Virus record (IMG/VR): IMGVR_UViG_3300033067_000289
Coordinates: 1 to 35,615 of that record
Length of the DNA: 35,615 bases
Reading direction: 5' to 3' (one strand)
Source of the DNA: a virus
Lineage: Duplodnaviria > Caudoviricetes
The first letter of the stretch is position 1; each line of letters starts with the position of its first letter. Position numbers and translations under genes: made by a program. Under the pieces are notes generated by a model that worked only from the letters and a program-made list of their open reading frames with translations, made no database searches and was not told the origin of the DNA. Positions 25,165 through 34,493 of the stretch are shown here, piece after piece.

Positions 25165-27504
25165 CTAGGCCAGCTTCAGGAATTCGGACGACCTCTGCCC
25201 AGTCTTGCGCATCTCCACCACGATGAGCCCTGCCGACACCATCGCGTCGATCAGCCCCTGGCACCCTTCTCGGCTGGTCTTGAGCGCCCGGTTGATCTTG
25301 TGCCGCGCCACCCAATCGTCGCGCGACAGTAGCGAAAGCACCCGCTGGGTGTCCTTGCCTGTGTCTAGCTCGTCATTGGCACGGGCGTACCTGATCTTGG
25401 TTGCCGTGTCGTCCACCGCAATGGCAAAACCGTACAGGACGTGCTCGGCGGTTCGGTGCCCGCCGTCAGCCATGGCGAGGATGAGGCTGATCTTGGAGCA
25501 CATCTCCCATGACCGGCGCGTGATGGCTTCCATGCCGGTGGTTTCCCGGTGCTTCTCCCCAAGCCGCCAGAAGTGCTCATAAGCCTCCTCCAGCAGCTCA
25601 GACGCCTCTGCCGATGTGGTGACATCAACCGGGTCGCCCTGGCGCTCTACGCGCCCCGTAGCGGGCTGGGAATTGCCGCCGTAGTGCAGGCTGTGCAGCC
25701 GCATGACGATGGTGTCGTCAATGTCGGGCTTGACAAAGCCCTCTTTCTTGCGCGGGTTCGTGTCGGCTTCGCGCAGGATCAGGGCGCGGGCCACAAAGCC
25801 GTTTTTGACGTTCTCGGGCGTCACCGTGGAGTCAAACGTGTCCGGCGTGGTGGTGCCCATCAGCGACAGATAGGGGTCGATAATGCCCATGTCAGCGTCT
25901 TTGATCTGCTGCATGATCTGGGCAATCTCGGCCTCGATCTGCGCCGGGTTGCCGTCGCCGGAGTCTAGGCGCTTGTTCAGGCGGGCGGCGGCGTCTTTGA
26001 GGCTGGTCTTGATCTCCTCTTTCAGGTCGCCCGTGATTGTCAGGATGCCGCACGCCTTGGAGTAGATCTCCATCAGCGCACCGATGACGCCGGTCAGGTA
26101 GATCGCCCCGCCGCCCTTGCTGGCCTGCGCGATCTTTTGGAGCATGATGCCGATCTCGTCCACCAAGTAGTAGGCGGCTTGGTGGCGCAGCAAGTTGCGG
26201 TAGATTTCCTGCTCGGATTTGATCTTGCCGTGCATGGCCTGACTGATGCCGATTCGGGAAAACAGCTTTGTGACGGCTTGGAAAACCGACTCCTTGCCCG
26301 TGCCGGAGCCCGCCACGGCGAAAACCATCAGGTTCAGCCCCAGCCCGTCGCGGGCGTCACGGTGCCTCATGCCGCCGATGCACGACAGGGCGTAGAGCGT
26401 GGCCCCGGCTGCCAGCGTCTGCTTAGGGTAGAGGCACTGGCCTTCGATCCAGCGATAGAGCCTCCCGGCGAAGCCCGGCATGTCCCACGGCTTGATCCCA
26501 CGCGCCATGTCCACGATGCTTTGCGCGGCTGGCGCGGGCTCGTCAAAGTCCACATCTGATTCAAACGTGACGGACTCGACGTAGCCGTGAGCCTTCGCGT
26601 GCATCATCAGCGTGCCGATGGTCACATGGCGGGCGGTCTTGCCGAAACCGTGCCAGCGGTGGTCGCAGTCGCCCGCACGGTAGCGGGCCGCGTCCTTGGC
26701 GCTCATGGCTTCCCACAACGCTAGGCCGAGGTCGCTCCCACCTGTGGTGTGGTGCAGGGCCATGCCGCATTCGATCCACTCGGCATAGGTCAGGCGCTCG
26801 ACCTTCACCGCGTCCGCGATCTGAGCCAGTTCGCCCGCAGGGATGTCGCGCACTACGCCGTTCACGACACCGGGGAAGATGTCGCGCTGTGCGATCTTCT
26901 CCACCAACTCAGTCGGAGGCTCCGCCGTGTCAGCAGGCCCGCCGCGCAAGAGCCGGTAGTCCATGCCCGAAGCGTGCGGGCTGCCATAGCCCACCACAAA
27001 GCCGGAGGTCTTGAAGTCGATGCCGGGGTATTCGGGGAGGTTCTGCCGATAGGTGCGATCGTCCCCGGCTGGCAGGCGGAAATAGTAGTGGGCCGACTCG
27101 CCACCGCTGCCGGTGCGAACCACGAACCGCGCCGCGTCACGGATCGACACGCCAATGGCACGCTCCAGGCGCTCCATGCTTTCGACGCCGCCGTTGCGCT
27201 CGTCCAAGTCCACCACCAGCCAGCCCGACACCAGCACGGCCACGGCGGGGTAAAGCTGCCCCATCATCCGCATGGCTTCGACCTGCTCTGCGTCCCATTC
27301 CGGCGTGTGCTGCCATGCTCCTGCTACGGGGTGTTTGCCCACGGCTTTGCACTCATGGTTCCCGCACCCGCACCCGATGGCCCCGCCGCCGTGCTCCACG
27401 ATGCGCTGCAGCGGCAGCACGCGAAAACCCGCAGCCATGTAGCGTGCATAGGGGAGCGCTGCTTCTTCCTCGGGCGTCAACGCCTCATTGTCGTCATCCC
27501 ACAT
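25165..27504 (-). CDS. Bifunctional Prim-Pol primase with PriCT-2 and C-terminal P-loop helicase-like domain
   Basis: CGCG..C..GKHP Zn site, VVDLDERNGG, TGSGG.SAHYYF, IDFK; W...GMALH..W..S (PriCT-2); GSGTGKE Walker A and VDEIG; ATG 27504 coupled to the HTH stop. Confidence 0.9.
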   Translation of the reverse strand: MWDDDNEALTPEEEAALPYARYMAAGFRVLPLQRIVEHGGGAIGCGCGNHECKAVGKHPVAGAWQHTPEWDAEQVEAMRMMGQLYPAVAVLVSGWLVVDLDERNGGVESMERLERAIGVSIRDAARFVVRTGSGGESAHYYFRLPAGDDRTYRQNLPEYPGIDFKTSGFVVGYGSPHASGMDYRLLRGGPADTAEPPTELVEKIAQRDIFPGVVNGVVRDIPAGELAQIADAVKVERLTYAEWIECGMALHHTTGGSDLGLALWEAMSAKDAARYRAGDCDHRWHGFGKTARHVTIGTLMMHAKAHGYVESVTFESDVDFDEPAPAAQSIVDMARGIKPWDMPGFAGRLYRWIEGQCLYPKQTLAAGATLYALSCIGGMRHRDARDGLGLNLMVFAVAGSGTGKESVFQAVTKLFSRIGISQAMHGKIKSEQEIYRNLLRHQAAYYLVDEIGIMLQKIAQASKGGGAIYLTGVIGALMEIYSKACGILTITGDLKEEIKTSLKDAAARLNKRLDSGDGNPAQIEAEIAQIMQQIKDADMGIIDPYLSLMGTTTPDTFDSTVTPENVKNGFVARALILREADTNPRKKEGFVKPDIDDTIVMRLHSLHYGGNSQPATGRVERQGDPVDVTTSAEASELLEEAYEHFWRLGEKHRETTGMEAITRRSWEMCSKISLILAMADGGHRTAEHVLYGFAIAVDDTATKIRYARANDELDTGKDTQRVLSLLSRDDWVARHKINRALKTSREGCQGLIDAMVSAGLIVVEMRKTGQRSSEFLKLA

Positions 27505-27692
27505 CAAACGCCCCCGGTCAGGTAGTCGCTGATGCGCTTGATGGTTTCATAACTCGGATTGGTGTTGATCCCGGAAGCAATAGCCCAAACCTGCTGACGT
27601 GTCATCCCCACGCGGCGGGCGACTTCTGACAGGTTGCGATCCTCTAGACGGCGCTGGATTTCAGGGAGCGAGAGTAGGGTTTTTGCGGTCAT
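27504..27692 (-). CDS. Small Cro/XRE-like HTH regulator (62 aa)
   Basis: LEDRNLSEVARRVGMTRQQVWAIASG.NTNPSYETI..ISDYL; start reassigned to ATG 27692. Confidence 0.88.
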   Translation of the reverse strand: MTAKTLLSLPEIQRRLEDRNLSEVARRVGMTRQQVWAIASGINTNPSYETIKRISDYLTGGV

Positions 27693-27724
27693 GGCGATGG
27701 CTTGTTGTTGCGTTTGAAAATGAC

Positions 27725-27763
27725 TGTTGACATTGTGCGCTTGTCGGTTGTACATTGTCAACA
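27725..27763. promoter_or_regulatory. Symmetric overlapping divergent promoters / operator
   Basis: + strand TTGACA(27727)-N18-TACATT(27751); - strand TTGACA(27761)-N18-CACAAT(27737); inverted repeat TGTTGACATTGT / ACATTGTCAACA. Confidence 0.7.
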
Positions 27764-27804
27764 CCACAACGCGGCACGCAAGCCGCACCAACTGGAGAGC
27801 AACC

Positions 27805-28662
27805 ATGAGCTTCTTAGCCAAGGCCGCCAAGCCCGGCGCAAACCCTGCGCCGCCTATCATCACCATCGTCAGCACGCCAGGCGCGGGCAAGTCCACCCTG
27901 GCCGGGGTGTTCCCCGGTGCGCTGTTCGTGCAGGCAGAAAGCGCCGGTACGGTGTTCGAGACATGGGACGCGGACGCACAGCCTACCATGCTGCCCGTGC
28001 TGCCCAAGGCCGCCAAGGATGACGCGGGCAATGTCACGCAAAGCCCGTTCAACGTGCTGATGGATCAACTGCGCGAAGTGGCCACTGCCGAGCACGACTT
28101 CAAGACGCTGGTCATCGACAGCGTGACCGCCCTGAGCCGCAAACTGGAGCACGAAATCGCCCTGACCGACGACGTGGCCACCGTGGCAGACGCTGCGGGC
28201 GGTTTCCACAAAGGGTACACGCAACTGGCAGGCATGCACGCGGAGATCATCTACGCCTGCGAGATGATCCGCAAGCGCAAGAACATGGCCGTGGTGTTCT
28301 TGGCGCACTCCGGTGTGGTCAAGGTCAAGAACCGCCCCGACGAGGGCGCGGAGTACACGGTCTATTCACTGGACATGCACAAGGACAGCGCACAGGCGTA
28401 CATCAGCAACAGTGACGCCGTGGTGTACATCAAAAAGGAGGAGTTCATTCAAGGCGCAGAAAGTAACCGCAAGGGCCAGACTACGAAGTTTGGCCGGGCC
28501 ATGCAGACGGGCGAGCGGGTGCTCATCACGTCAGGCGACGGGCTTGTGGGTTACGTGGCCGCAAAGTCCCGCTACCCGATGCCCGTTGAAATCCCGCTGC
28601 CTCAGGGCGAGAATCCCCTTTTGCAGTACATCCCCTTTTTCCAACCAGCCGCTAACAAGTAA
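27805..28662 (+). CDS. AAA ATPase, Sak4-like recombinase
   Basis: Walker A STPGAGKST, Walker B KTLVIDSVT, GGFHKGY, VFLAHS, AKSRY; start ATG 27805 after GGAG; adjacent SSB. Confidence 0.85.
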   Translation: MSFLAKAAKPGANPAPPIITIVSTPGAGKSTLAGVFPGALFVQAESAGTVFETWDADAQPTMLPVLPKAAKDDAGNVTQSPFNVLMDQLREVATAEHDFKTLVIDSVTALSRKLEHEIALTDDVATVADAAGGFHKGYTQLAGMHAEIIYACEMIRKRKNMAVVFLAHSGVVKVKNRPDEGAEYTVYSLDMHKDSAQAYISNSDAVVYIKKEEFIQGAESNRKGQTTKFGRAMQTGERVLITSGDGLVGYVAAKSRYPMPVEIPLPQGENPLLQYIPFFQPAANK

Positions 28663-28674
28663 GGAGCAGGCATC

Positions 28675-29202
28675 ATGAGTTTTTTCAAGACATCGACCGG
28701 CGAGGCCGTCCAATCCACCGGCACGTTTGAGAGCGGCGGCGGCAACATGGCCCCCATTCCTGATGGCACGCAAGTGCTGGCAGCCACCGATGAGGCCAAG
28801 TGGGACGCCTACCAAGGGGAGGAGTTCATTGCGCTTCGGTGGTCCGTCATGCAGCCCGAAGAGCACAAGAACCGCAAGATTTTCCAGAAGATCAAGGTCA
28901 ACGAAAAAGACCCCACCAAGCGGGACAAGGCGCTCGCCATGCTGGCCGCCATCGACACCAACGCGGGCGGCAAGTTGCAGGCCGCAGGGCGCAAGCCGAC
29001 TGACCAAGAACTGGCCGCCGCGCTGATGAACCGCCCGATGGTGCTGAAGCTGGGTGTGTGGGAACTGGACGACAAGACCAAGAGCGGCAACTGGGTGCAG
29101 AAGGTTGCGCCGCGCAAGGGCGGTCAGCAGGCCGCGCAGGTTGCGCCGCCTCCTCCCAAACCCGCCCCCGTCATTGACGACGACAGCGACATCCCGTTTT
29201 AA
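28675..29202 (+). CDS. Single-stranded DNA-binding protein (DUF669-like)
   Basis: PIPDGT..A...EAKW, NRKIFQK, acidic C-terminal DDDSDIPF tail; AAGGAG RBS. Confidence 0.82.
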   Translation: MSFFKTSTGEAVQSTGTFESGGGNMAPIPDGTQVLAATDEAKWDAYQGEEFIALRWSVMQPEEHKNRKIFQKIKVNEKDPTKRDKALAMLAAIDTNAGGKLQAAGRKPTDQELAAALMNRPMVLKLGVWELDDKTKSGNWVQKVAPRKGGQQAAQVAPPPPKPAPVIDDDSDIPF

Positions 29203-29206
29203 TCCC

Positions 29207-29231
29207 AAGGCGGCCCAGCGCCGCCTTTTTT
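29207..29231 (+). terminator. Intrinsic terminator after SSB
   Basis: AAGGCGGC-CCAGC-GCCGCCTT followed by a T-run. Confidence 0.75.
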
Positions 29232-29247
29232 CACGCAGGACAACACC

Positions 29248-30153
29248 ATGTTTGAAGAACTCCAACGCACCGCCGCATGGCACGAAGCCCGCAAGGGCCG
29301 CATTACCGGATCACAGGCCGGCGCACTGCTGGGCCTGTCGCCATGGGTGACACAAGCCGAGGCGATCCGCGCGTGGGTGCGGCACGCCAAAGGCGCAGAG
29401 TCTGAGATTGCCGACAACCCCGCGTTTGCCTGGGGCCGCAGCCATGAACGGGCCGCACAGCTCGCGCTGATGCGCCGCGAGAACCTGACCATCAACGACT
29501 GCGGGTTTTTGACATATGAGGATTGGCTCGGCGCAAGCCCTGACGGTCTGGACGACGACGGGCGCGTGGTTGAGATCAAGTGCCCATTTTCATGGCGCAA
29601 CAAAGCCGAGCCAGAACCCCAGCCCCTGATCGAACAGCCGCACTACTACGCGCAGGCGCAACTGGAGATCCTCTGCGCCAATGCCCCCGGCGCGGTGTTC
29701 GCGCAGTACCGGCCCGCGTTTGGCGATCCGTTCAGCGACGACTACGCACCGGAGTTCCTGCACGTTGATCTCATCGAATCTGACCCGGCATGGCGCGACG
29801 AGTACCTGCCCAAGCTGCGCACCATGTGGGAGGCGTTGCAGATTGAACTTGAGAACCCCGCACACCTTGAGCCCCTGCGCGTCACGCTTGACACCGACGA
29901 AGCCCTGCGCCTGGTGGACTACATCGGGGAGCTGGACGCCTCAATTGAGCAAGCTGAGCAAGCCCGCAAGCAAGCATTGGCCGATCTGGTCAAGCTGGCA
30001 GGCGAGAAGAATGCCACAGTGGGCGGGCGTAACCTGACGCTGGTCAACCGAGCCGGGGCCATCAGCTACGCCAAAGCCATCAAGGCGCTGGCACCTGATG
30101 CCGACCTTGAGAAGTGGCGCGGGGCTCCTAGTTCGTATTGGAAGCTGGGGTGA
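29248..30153 (+). CDS. YqaJ / lambda-exonuclease family nuclease
   Basis: QRT..W..ARKGRITGS, WG..HE, LGASPDG, EIKCP, YYAQ.Q motifs. Confidence 0.92.
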   Translation: MFEELQRTAAWHEARKGRITGSQAGALLGLSPWVTQAEAIRAWVRHAKGAESEIADNPAFAWGRSHERAAQLALMRRENLTINDCGFLTYEDWLGASPDGLDDDGRVVEIKCPFSWRNKAEPEPQPLIEQPHYYAQAQLEILCANAPGAVFAQYRPAFGDPFSDDYAPEFLHVDLIESDPAWRDEYLPKLRTMWEALQIELENPAHLEPLRVTLDTDEALRLVDYIGELDASIEQAEQARKQALADLVKLAGEKNATVGGRNLTLVNRAGAISYAKAIKALAPDADLEKWRGAPSSYWKLG

Positions 30154-30156
30154 TCC

Positions 30157-31989
30157 ATGCGCCTACAGCCAAGAGACTACCAGCAAGCCGCCCACGACGC
30201 GGTGATTGAGTGGTGGCGCACCACCACCGTGCCGTGCGTGGTAGAAGCCGCAACTGGGGCGGGCAAGTCGCTGATTGTGGCCATGCTTGCCGAAACCCTG
30301 CATGGCTTGTCAGGCAAGCGGGTTCTGTGCCTTGCGCCATCGGCGGAACTGGTGCAGCAAAACAGCGACAAGTTCAAAGCCTGCGGCGTGCCTTTCTCGA
30401 TCTACAGCGCCAGCATCTCCAAGAGCCTGCGCGGGCAAGTGGTGTTCGCCACCGAGGGCACCTTCAAGACACAGGCCAAGCGCCTAGGCGGAGAGTTCGC
30501 CGGGGTGATCGTGGACGAGTGCCACCGGATCACGCCCACGGTGAAGCGCATCATTGATGACATGCGAGAAGGCAACCCGAACTTGCGCGTGTGCGGCCTG
30601 ACCGCGACCCCGTACCGCCTGGGTGACGGGTTCATCTTCGCGCAGGACAATCAAGGGCGCACGCTGCCGCCCACGATTGCGCGGGAGCCGTACTTCGCCC
30701 GCCTGGTCTACTACATCAACGCCCCAGAACTCATCGGGCGTGGGTTCTTGACGCCGCCCGTGGTTGGTGCGATCAACGCGGAGTCATACGACACCAGCGG
30801 GCTAGAGTTGACCAACACCGGCACGTTCTCCACGGCCACGGTCGAACGCGCATTTGAAGGCTGGGGCCGCAAGACTGCGCAGATCGTGGACGACGTGCTG
30901 CGCCAGTCAGTCGGGCGTGATGGCGTCATGTGGTTTGCTGCGACCGTCCAGCACGCGCAGGAGATCATGGCCAGCCTCGACTCCAAGAACTCCCGCATGA
31001 TCGGCGGCACGATCAACACCAAGAAGGCCGAACGCGCCCGCCTGGTGGCTGACTTCAAGGCGCAGCGATACCGGCACTTGGTCAGCGTGGGCACCATGAC
31101 CACCGGAGTGGACTTCACGCACGTAAGCTGCATCGCCATCCTCCGCGCCACGGAGTCGGTGAGCCTGCTACAGCAGATCATCGGGCGCGGCCTTCGCCTG
31201 CATGATGGCAAGGCCGACTGCCTCATCCTCGACTACGGCGGCAACATAGACCGGCACTGCCCTGACGGCGACCTGTTCCGGCCCGAGATCAAGGCGCAGT
31301 ACCAGACCGCATCAGAGGGCACGATTGAAGCCGAATGCGAGGAATGCGGCTACACCAACACGTTCAGCCCCCGTCCCAATGACGGGGACTGGCCAGTTGA
31401 CAAGTACGGCTACTTCACCGACCTGGACGGGGAGCGCATCAAGAACAACGACGGCAAGCCTATCCCGGCGCACTTCGGGCGGCGGTGCTGTTCCATCACC
31501 ATCGGCAAGCGCGAGCCTACGCGGTGCGGGTATTTTTGGTCGTGCAAGATCTGCCCGGAGTGCGAGGCCGACAATGACATCGCGGCGCGGTACTGCTCAA
31601 GCTGCAAGGCAGAGCTGATCGACCCGAACGAGAAGCTGATAGCCGACTTCAAAGCCCTCAAGCGCAGCCCCAGCGCCGTGCAGACTGACGAGGTGTTGCA
31701 GATGGACGTGCTGCCCACCACAAGCCAAAAAGGCGAGCGCATGATCCGCGTGGAGTTCGTCACGGCGGCCCGCAAGTTCGCGGTGTTCTTCATGCCCGAC
31801 GCCAAGAGCGCCTATGTGCGCAGCCAGTGGGCGAACTTCGAGGCCGCCACGCGGGGCAACAAGCCGCGCACGGTGACTTACAAAAAAGAGGACTCTGGGT
31901 TTTACCGTGTGCTCGATGTTGACAAACCCACGGACAAGGAACGCCTCGACGCGGCCCTTGCCGCCAATCTTGCGAAGGCTGCCGCATGA
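30157..31989 (+). CDS. SF2 DExH helicase with C-terminal Zn fingers (RadD-like)
   Basis: PRDYQ, ATGAGKS, VDECH, GLTATPYR, TTGVD, QIIGRGLR, CEEC, CPEC..CSSC. Confidence 0.94.
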   Translation: MRLQPRDYQQAAHDAVIEWWRTTTVPCVVEAATGAGKSLIVAMLAETLHGLSGKRVLCLAPSAELVQQNSDKFKACGVPFSIYSASISKSLRGQVVFATEGTFKTQAKRLGGEFAGVIVDECHRITPTVKRIIDDMREGNPNLRVCGLTATPYRLGDGFIFAQDNQGRTLPPTIAREPYFARLVYYINAPELIGRGFLTPPVVGAINAESYDTSGLELTNTGTFSTATVERAFEGWGRKTAQIVDDVLRQSVGRDGVMWFAATVQHAQEIMASLDSKNSRMIGGTINTKKAERARLVADFKAQRYRHLVSVGTMTTGVDFTHVSCIAILRATESVSLLQQIIGRGLRLHDGKADCLILDYGGNIDRHCPDGDLFRPEIKAQYQTASEGTIEAECEECGYTNTFSPRPNDGDWPVDKYGYFTDLDGERIKNNDGKPIPAHFGRRCCSITIGKREPTRCGYFWSCKICPECEADNDIAARYCSSCKAELIDPNEKLIADFKALKRSPSAVQTDEVLQMDVLPTTSQKGERMIRVEFVTAARKFAVFFMPDAKSAYVRSQWANFEAATRGNKPRTVTYKKEDSGFYRVLDVDKPTDKERLDAALAANLAKAAA

Positions 31990-32390
31990 AGTTTCCCCCA
32001 TGGCTGCGCGTTTACGGGAATCTTGACTACCGGGGAGACTGCCCCACCGAGAGCGCCGAACAGGTGACGTTCGTCAACCGGCTGCGCCAGGCGCACCCCG
32101 ACACATGGGGGCGCTTGGTGGTGCACATCAAAAACGAGGGCAAGCGCACCATGTGGCAGGCCCAGCGCGACCGAGCCGAAGGCATGACCAAGGGCGCGGC
32201 GGACATCATCGTGCCGGGGCGCGTGACGTTGCTGGTCGAACTCAAGCGGCTCGACCACACACAGAGCCGGTTTCAGCCGGGGCAGTTGGAGTACCTGCAA
32301 GCCGCGCATGATTCCGGAGCGTTTGTGTGCGTAGCGCTGGGTGCTGATGCGGCCATGGCGGCTTTTGCCGACTGGATGGCTACGCACTAA
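31986..32390 (+). CDS. VRR-NUC domain nuclease
   Basis: E..EQ, HIKNEG, EGMTKGAADI, VELKR, Q..YL motifs. Confidence 0.9.
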   Translation: MKFPPWLRVYGNLDYRGDCPTESAEQVTFVNRLRQAHPDTWGRLVVHIKNEGKRTMWQAQRDRAEGMTKGAADIIVPGRVTLLVELKRLDHTQSRFQPGQLEYLQAAHDSGAFVCVALGADAAMAAFADWMATH

Positions 32391-32424
32391 AAAGAAAGCC
32401 CGTCCAGCTTGCGCTAAGACGGGC
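32388..32424 (-). terminator. Terminator of the convergent minus-strand small-gene operon
   Basis: GCCCGTC/GACGGGC stem (32398-32424) followed on the minus strand by TTTCTTTTT. Confidence 0.65.
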
Positions 32425-32488
32425 CAAGTCATCCCACCAAGGACAACGCAGAGGAGAGCAATGCGGGTTCAGTGTAGCGCGTTTGTGG

Positions 32489-32668
32489 TCAGAGTTCAAG
32501 GGCCATCTGACGCGGGTCAACCTCGTCGGGCTGCTCATGCTGCGCCACGAATCGCGCCTGACCGATGCCGGCCCTGACCGCGCACTTTGGGCCATAAGGG
32601 CGGCCATAGAGCCACCCGGCAGGCGTGGAAAGCGCACGGCCGCACATCACGCATTTGAGGCCCACCAT
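32489..32668 (-). CDS. Small Zn-finger protein (CxxCGR.L...GPxC)
   Basis: MVGLKCVMCGRALSTP...YGPKCA...DPRQMALEL; start reassigned to ATG 32668. Confidence 0.7.
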   Translation of the reverse strand: MVGLKCVMCGRALSTPAGWLYGRPYGPKCAVRAGIGQARFVAQHEQPDEVDPRQMALEL

Positions 32669-32853
32669 GCTTGCCTTTTTGCGGCTTCGTCCGGGCTCAC
32701 GGGTTTGTGTTTGTCGCATTGTCGGGGGAAGCTGATGGAGACCATCCGCCAGGTTTTGTTGTGATCCACGCCGCAGCGGGGTAGGCCCCGCTTTGCCATG
32801 GCGGGGTCGGTTTTGGTGTCTACGTGCTGGCAGGTTAGGCAAGTGACTAGCAT
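32647..32853 (-). CDS. Small Cys-rich hypothetical protein
   Basis: VTCLTCQH...C...RQC; overlaps both neighbours in the operon. Confidence 0.7.
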   Translation of the reverse strand: MLVTCLTCQHVDTKTDPAMAKRGLPRCGVDHNKTWRMVSISFPRQCDKHKPVSPDEAAKRQAWWASNA

Positions 32854-33281
32854 ACCGAAGCCAAGTCAAACACCGACCGCACCGCAGTCGTGCGGGGCAT
32901 GGGGGCAGCAGTGGCGGGAATCCAGCGTTGCACGATGGTGTCTTCGTGGTGCGGTGGGCGAGGAGGGCCGCAGAAGATGGGCTGATGAATGCCGGTCAGC
33001 TTCTTTTTGAGGTACTGCCGACGGCTTTTGACCAGCGGGTAGGGAATGCCAAAGCGTGCCGCGGCGGCCGGGCAGCCGTAGGCAAAGATGTAGTCATCCA
33101 TCTCGGGCGTGAAGCGCGTGCGCGGCTGGCGCTTGAGCTTCAGCGCGTCGATCTTGGAAGCGATGGACTTTGCCGACCTGCCGCCCAAGTGCCGCCCTAT
33201 CTCGGCGTAGGTCATCGACCCAAGGTTGCGCTCCAGAAACTCCACGTCCTCGCGCGTCCACTTGTTTGCCTTGCTGTGCAT
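32847..33281 (-). CDS. Myb/SANT-like HTH DNA-binding protein
   Basis: KWTREDVEFL..N...TYAEIG..LGGRS..SI..K...L repeat followed by a second FTPEMD repeat; GAGGAG RBS. Confidence 0.72.
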   Translation of the reverse strand: MHSKANKWTREDVEFLERNLGSMTYAEIGRHLGGRSAKSIASKIDALKLKRQPRTRFTPEMDDYIFAYGCPAAAARFGIPYPLVKSRRQYLKKKLTGIHQPIFCGPPRPPHHEDTIVQRWIPATAAPMPRTTAVRSVFDLASVC

Positions 33282-33290
33282 ATGATCTCC

Positions 33291-33767
33291 TCACGCCGAC
33301 ACCACAACAGCCCCGCCACCTCTGATGACGGACACCAGGCGTTTGTGGCTCTTTTCCTCCGCCTCGAAATACTCCCGATGCGTCACGACTGACAGCACCT
33401 CGCGCCACAGATCCACCAGGCCGCGCAGGTCTTCCAGTTCGCCCGGATAGAGCGCCTTGCTGCCCGTCTTTTTCTGACGGTCGAGGATGCCCACAATCAC
33501 GGCTTGGATGGACTCTAAGTAGTCCTGTCCGCCCCGCATGACGCGAGGCATCGTGACAAAGCGGTCAAGCATGTTGACCACATCAAACACGGCTTGCCAG
33601 TCGGCTTGCGTGGCGATGCCCTTGGCGATCTGGTCAACGGCGTGCGCTGATGGTGCCGTGATCCTGTCTTGATCGTACTGGCTGAACTTGGCCATGCCTT
33701 GCACTGCAAGCGAGATGGGGTCAGCCTTGATGGGCTTTTCGCGGTACTTCTTGCGGGGCTTGCTCAT
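33291..33767 (-). CDS. Hypothetical phage protein
   Basis: 158 aa, basic N-terminus MSKPRKKYR, ATGA-coupled to the upstream gene. Confidence 0.78.
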   Translation of the reverse strand: MSKPRKKYREKPIKADPISLAVQGMAKFSQYDQDRITAPSAHAVDQIAKGIATQADWQAVFDVVNMLDRFVTMPRVMRGGQDYLESIQAVIVGILDRQKKTGSKALYPGELEDLRGLVDLWREVLSVVTHREYFEAEEKSHKRLVSVIRGGGAVVVSA

Positions 33768-34030
33768 CGCCCGTCCCTCTCGTACAAAGCCGTGCGCAGG
33801 TACACAGCCAAGTCAAGCGCCTCCTCATACGCATCGCGCAGAGTGTCGCGCCCGTTGTGGGGTTGCAAGGGTGTTCCGTAGCGTTCGCGTCCCACCTTGT
33901 CGCGCCCGGCCATGTCTACCATGACGAGGGGCCACACGGCGGGGTGCGCGTTTGGCGTGGGGTCCGGCTGTTCCTGCATCGTGATGCGCGGCACGTAGCC
34001 AGTGGGGACTGTGTAGTCGTTGTTGCTCAT
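33764..34030 (-). CDS. Hypothetical protein, possibly MazG-like all-alpha NTP pyrophosphatase fold
   Basis: R...G.ERYGT.L....GRD.L.DAYEEALDLAVYL; GGGGAG RBS; function is inference. Confidence 0.75.
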   Translation of the reverse strand: MSNNDYTVPTGYVPRITMQEQPDPTPNAHPAVWPLVMVDMAGRDKVGRERYGTPLQPHNGRDTLRDAYEEALDLAVYLRTALYERDGR

Positions 34031-34191
34031 ATGGATCTCCCCCGCTTGAGCTTGTCCAACTTCGCCGGATCGGCGTCATGGTCGAGCTTTGCGCGCGGGT
34101 TCTTGGGTGGTTGAGTGATGGTCACGGGCCGCTTGGGGTACTTCTTTTGTGCGGGCAGCTTGGACTTGTAGTCCTTGTCGAACGGGCTCAT
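34027..34191 (-). CDS. 54-aa basic protein, absent from the ORF track
   Basis: MSPFDKDYKSKLPAQKKYPKRPV...LKRGRSI; ATGA overlaps at both ends. Confidence 0.7.
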   Translation of the reverse strand: MSPFDKDYKSKLPAQKKYPKRPVTITQPPKNPRAKLDHDADPAKLDKLKRGRSI

Positions 34192-34346
34192 GTGGCGCGT
34201 TTGAGTTCAGCCAGGCACCAGCGAAGAAACTTCGCCAGCGGTATGACGTGCTTTGCGCCGTTTTCGTGGATGACATGCACTCCGTCGGGCTTGTGCTCTG
34301 CCCTGATGCGCTCGTGCGGGGGTTTGGGGGGTAGTGTCGTGCTCAT
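34188..34346 (-). CDS. 52-aa hypothetical protein, first gene of the leftward small-gene operon
   Basis: MSTTLPPKPPHERIRAEH...LRWCLAELKRAT; ATGA-coupled to the next gene; TAACAT 7 nt before the ATG suggests a leaderless start. Confidence 0.62.
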   Translation of the reverse strand: MSTTLPPKPPHERIRAEHKPDGVHVIHENGAKHVIPLAKFLRWCLAELKRAT

Positions 34347-34493
34347 GGTGGAGATGTTACGGGCGTGGCGCGTGATGCGTGATTGATTTTGCCTAACGGC
34401 TTTGACCGACACATGGAAACAATCAACTAGCCAGCAAGAGGGCGCAAGCGCAGAATAACTACATCGACAACGCAACGCACCAAGGAGCGCAAG

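Noticed and set aside
27504-27692. CI repressor / lysogeny module
   Set aside because: Only a 62-aa HTH without a peptidase domain; no integrase or att site seen, though the unseen part of the genome could hold one
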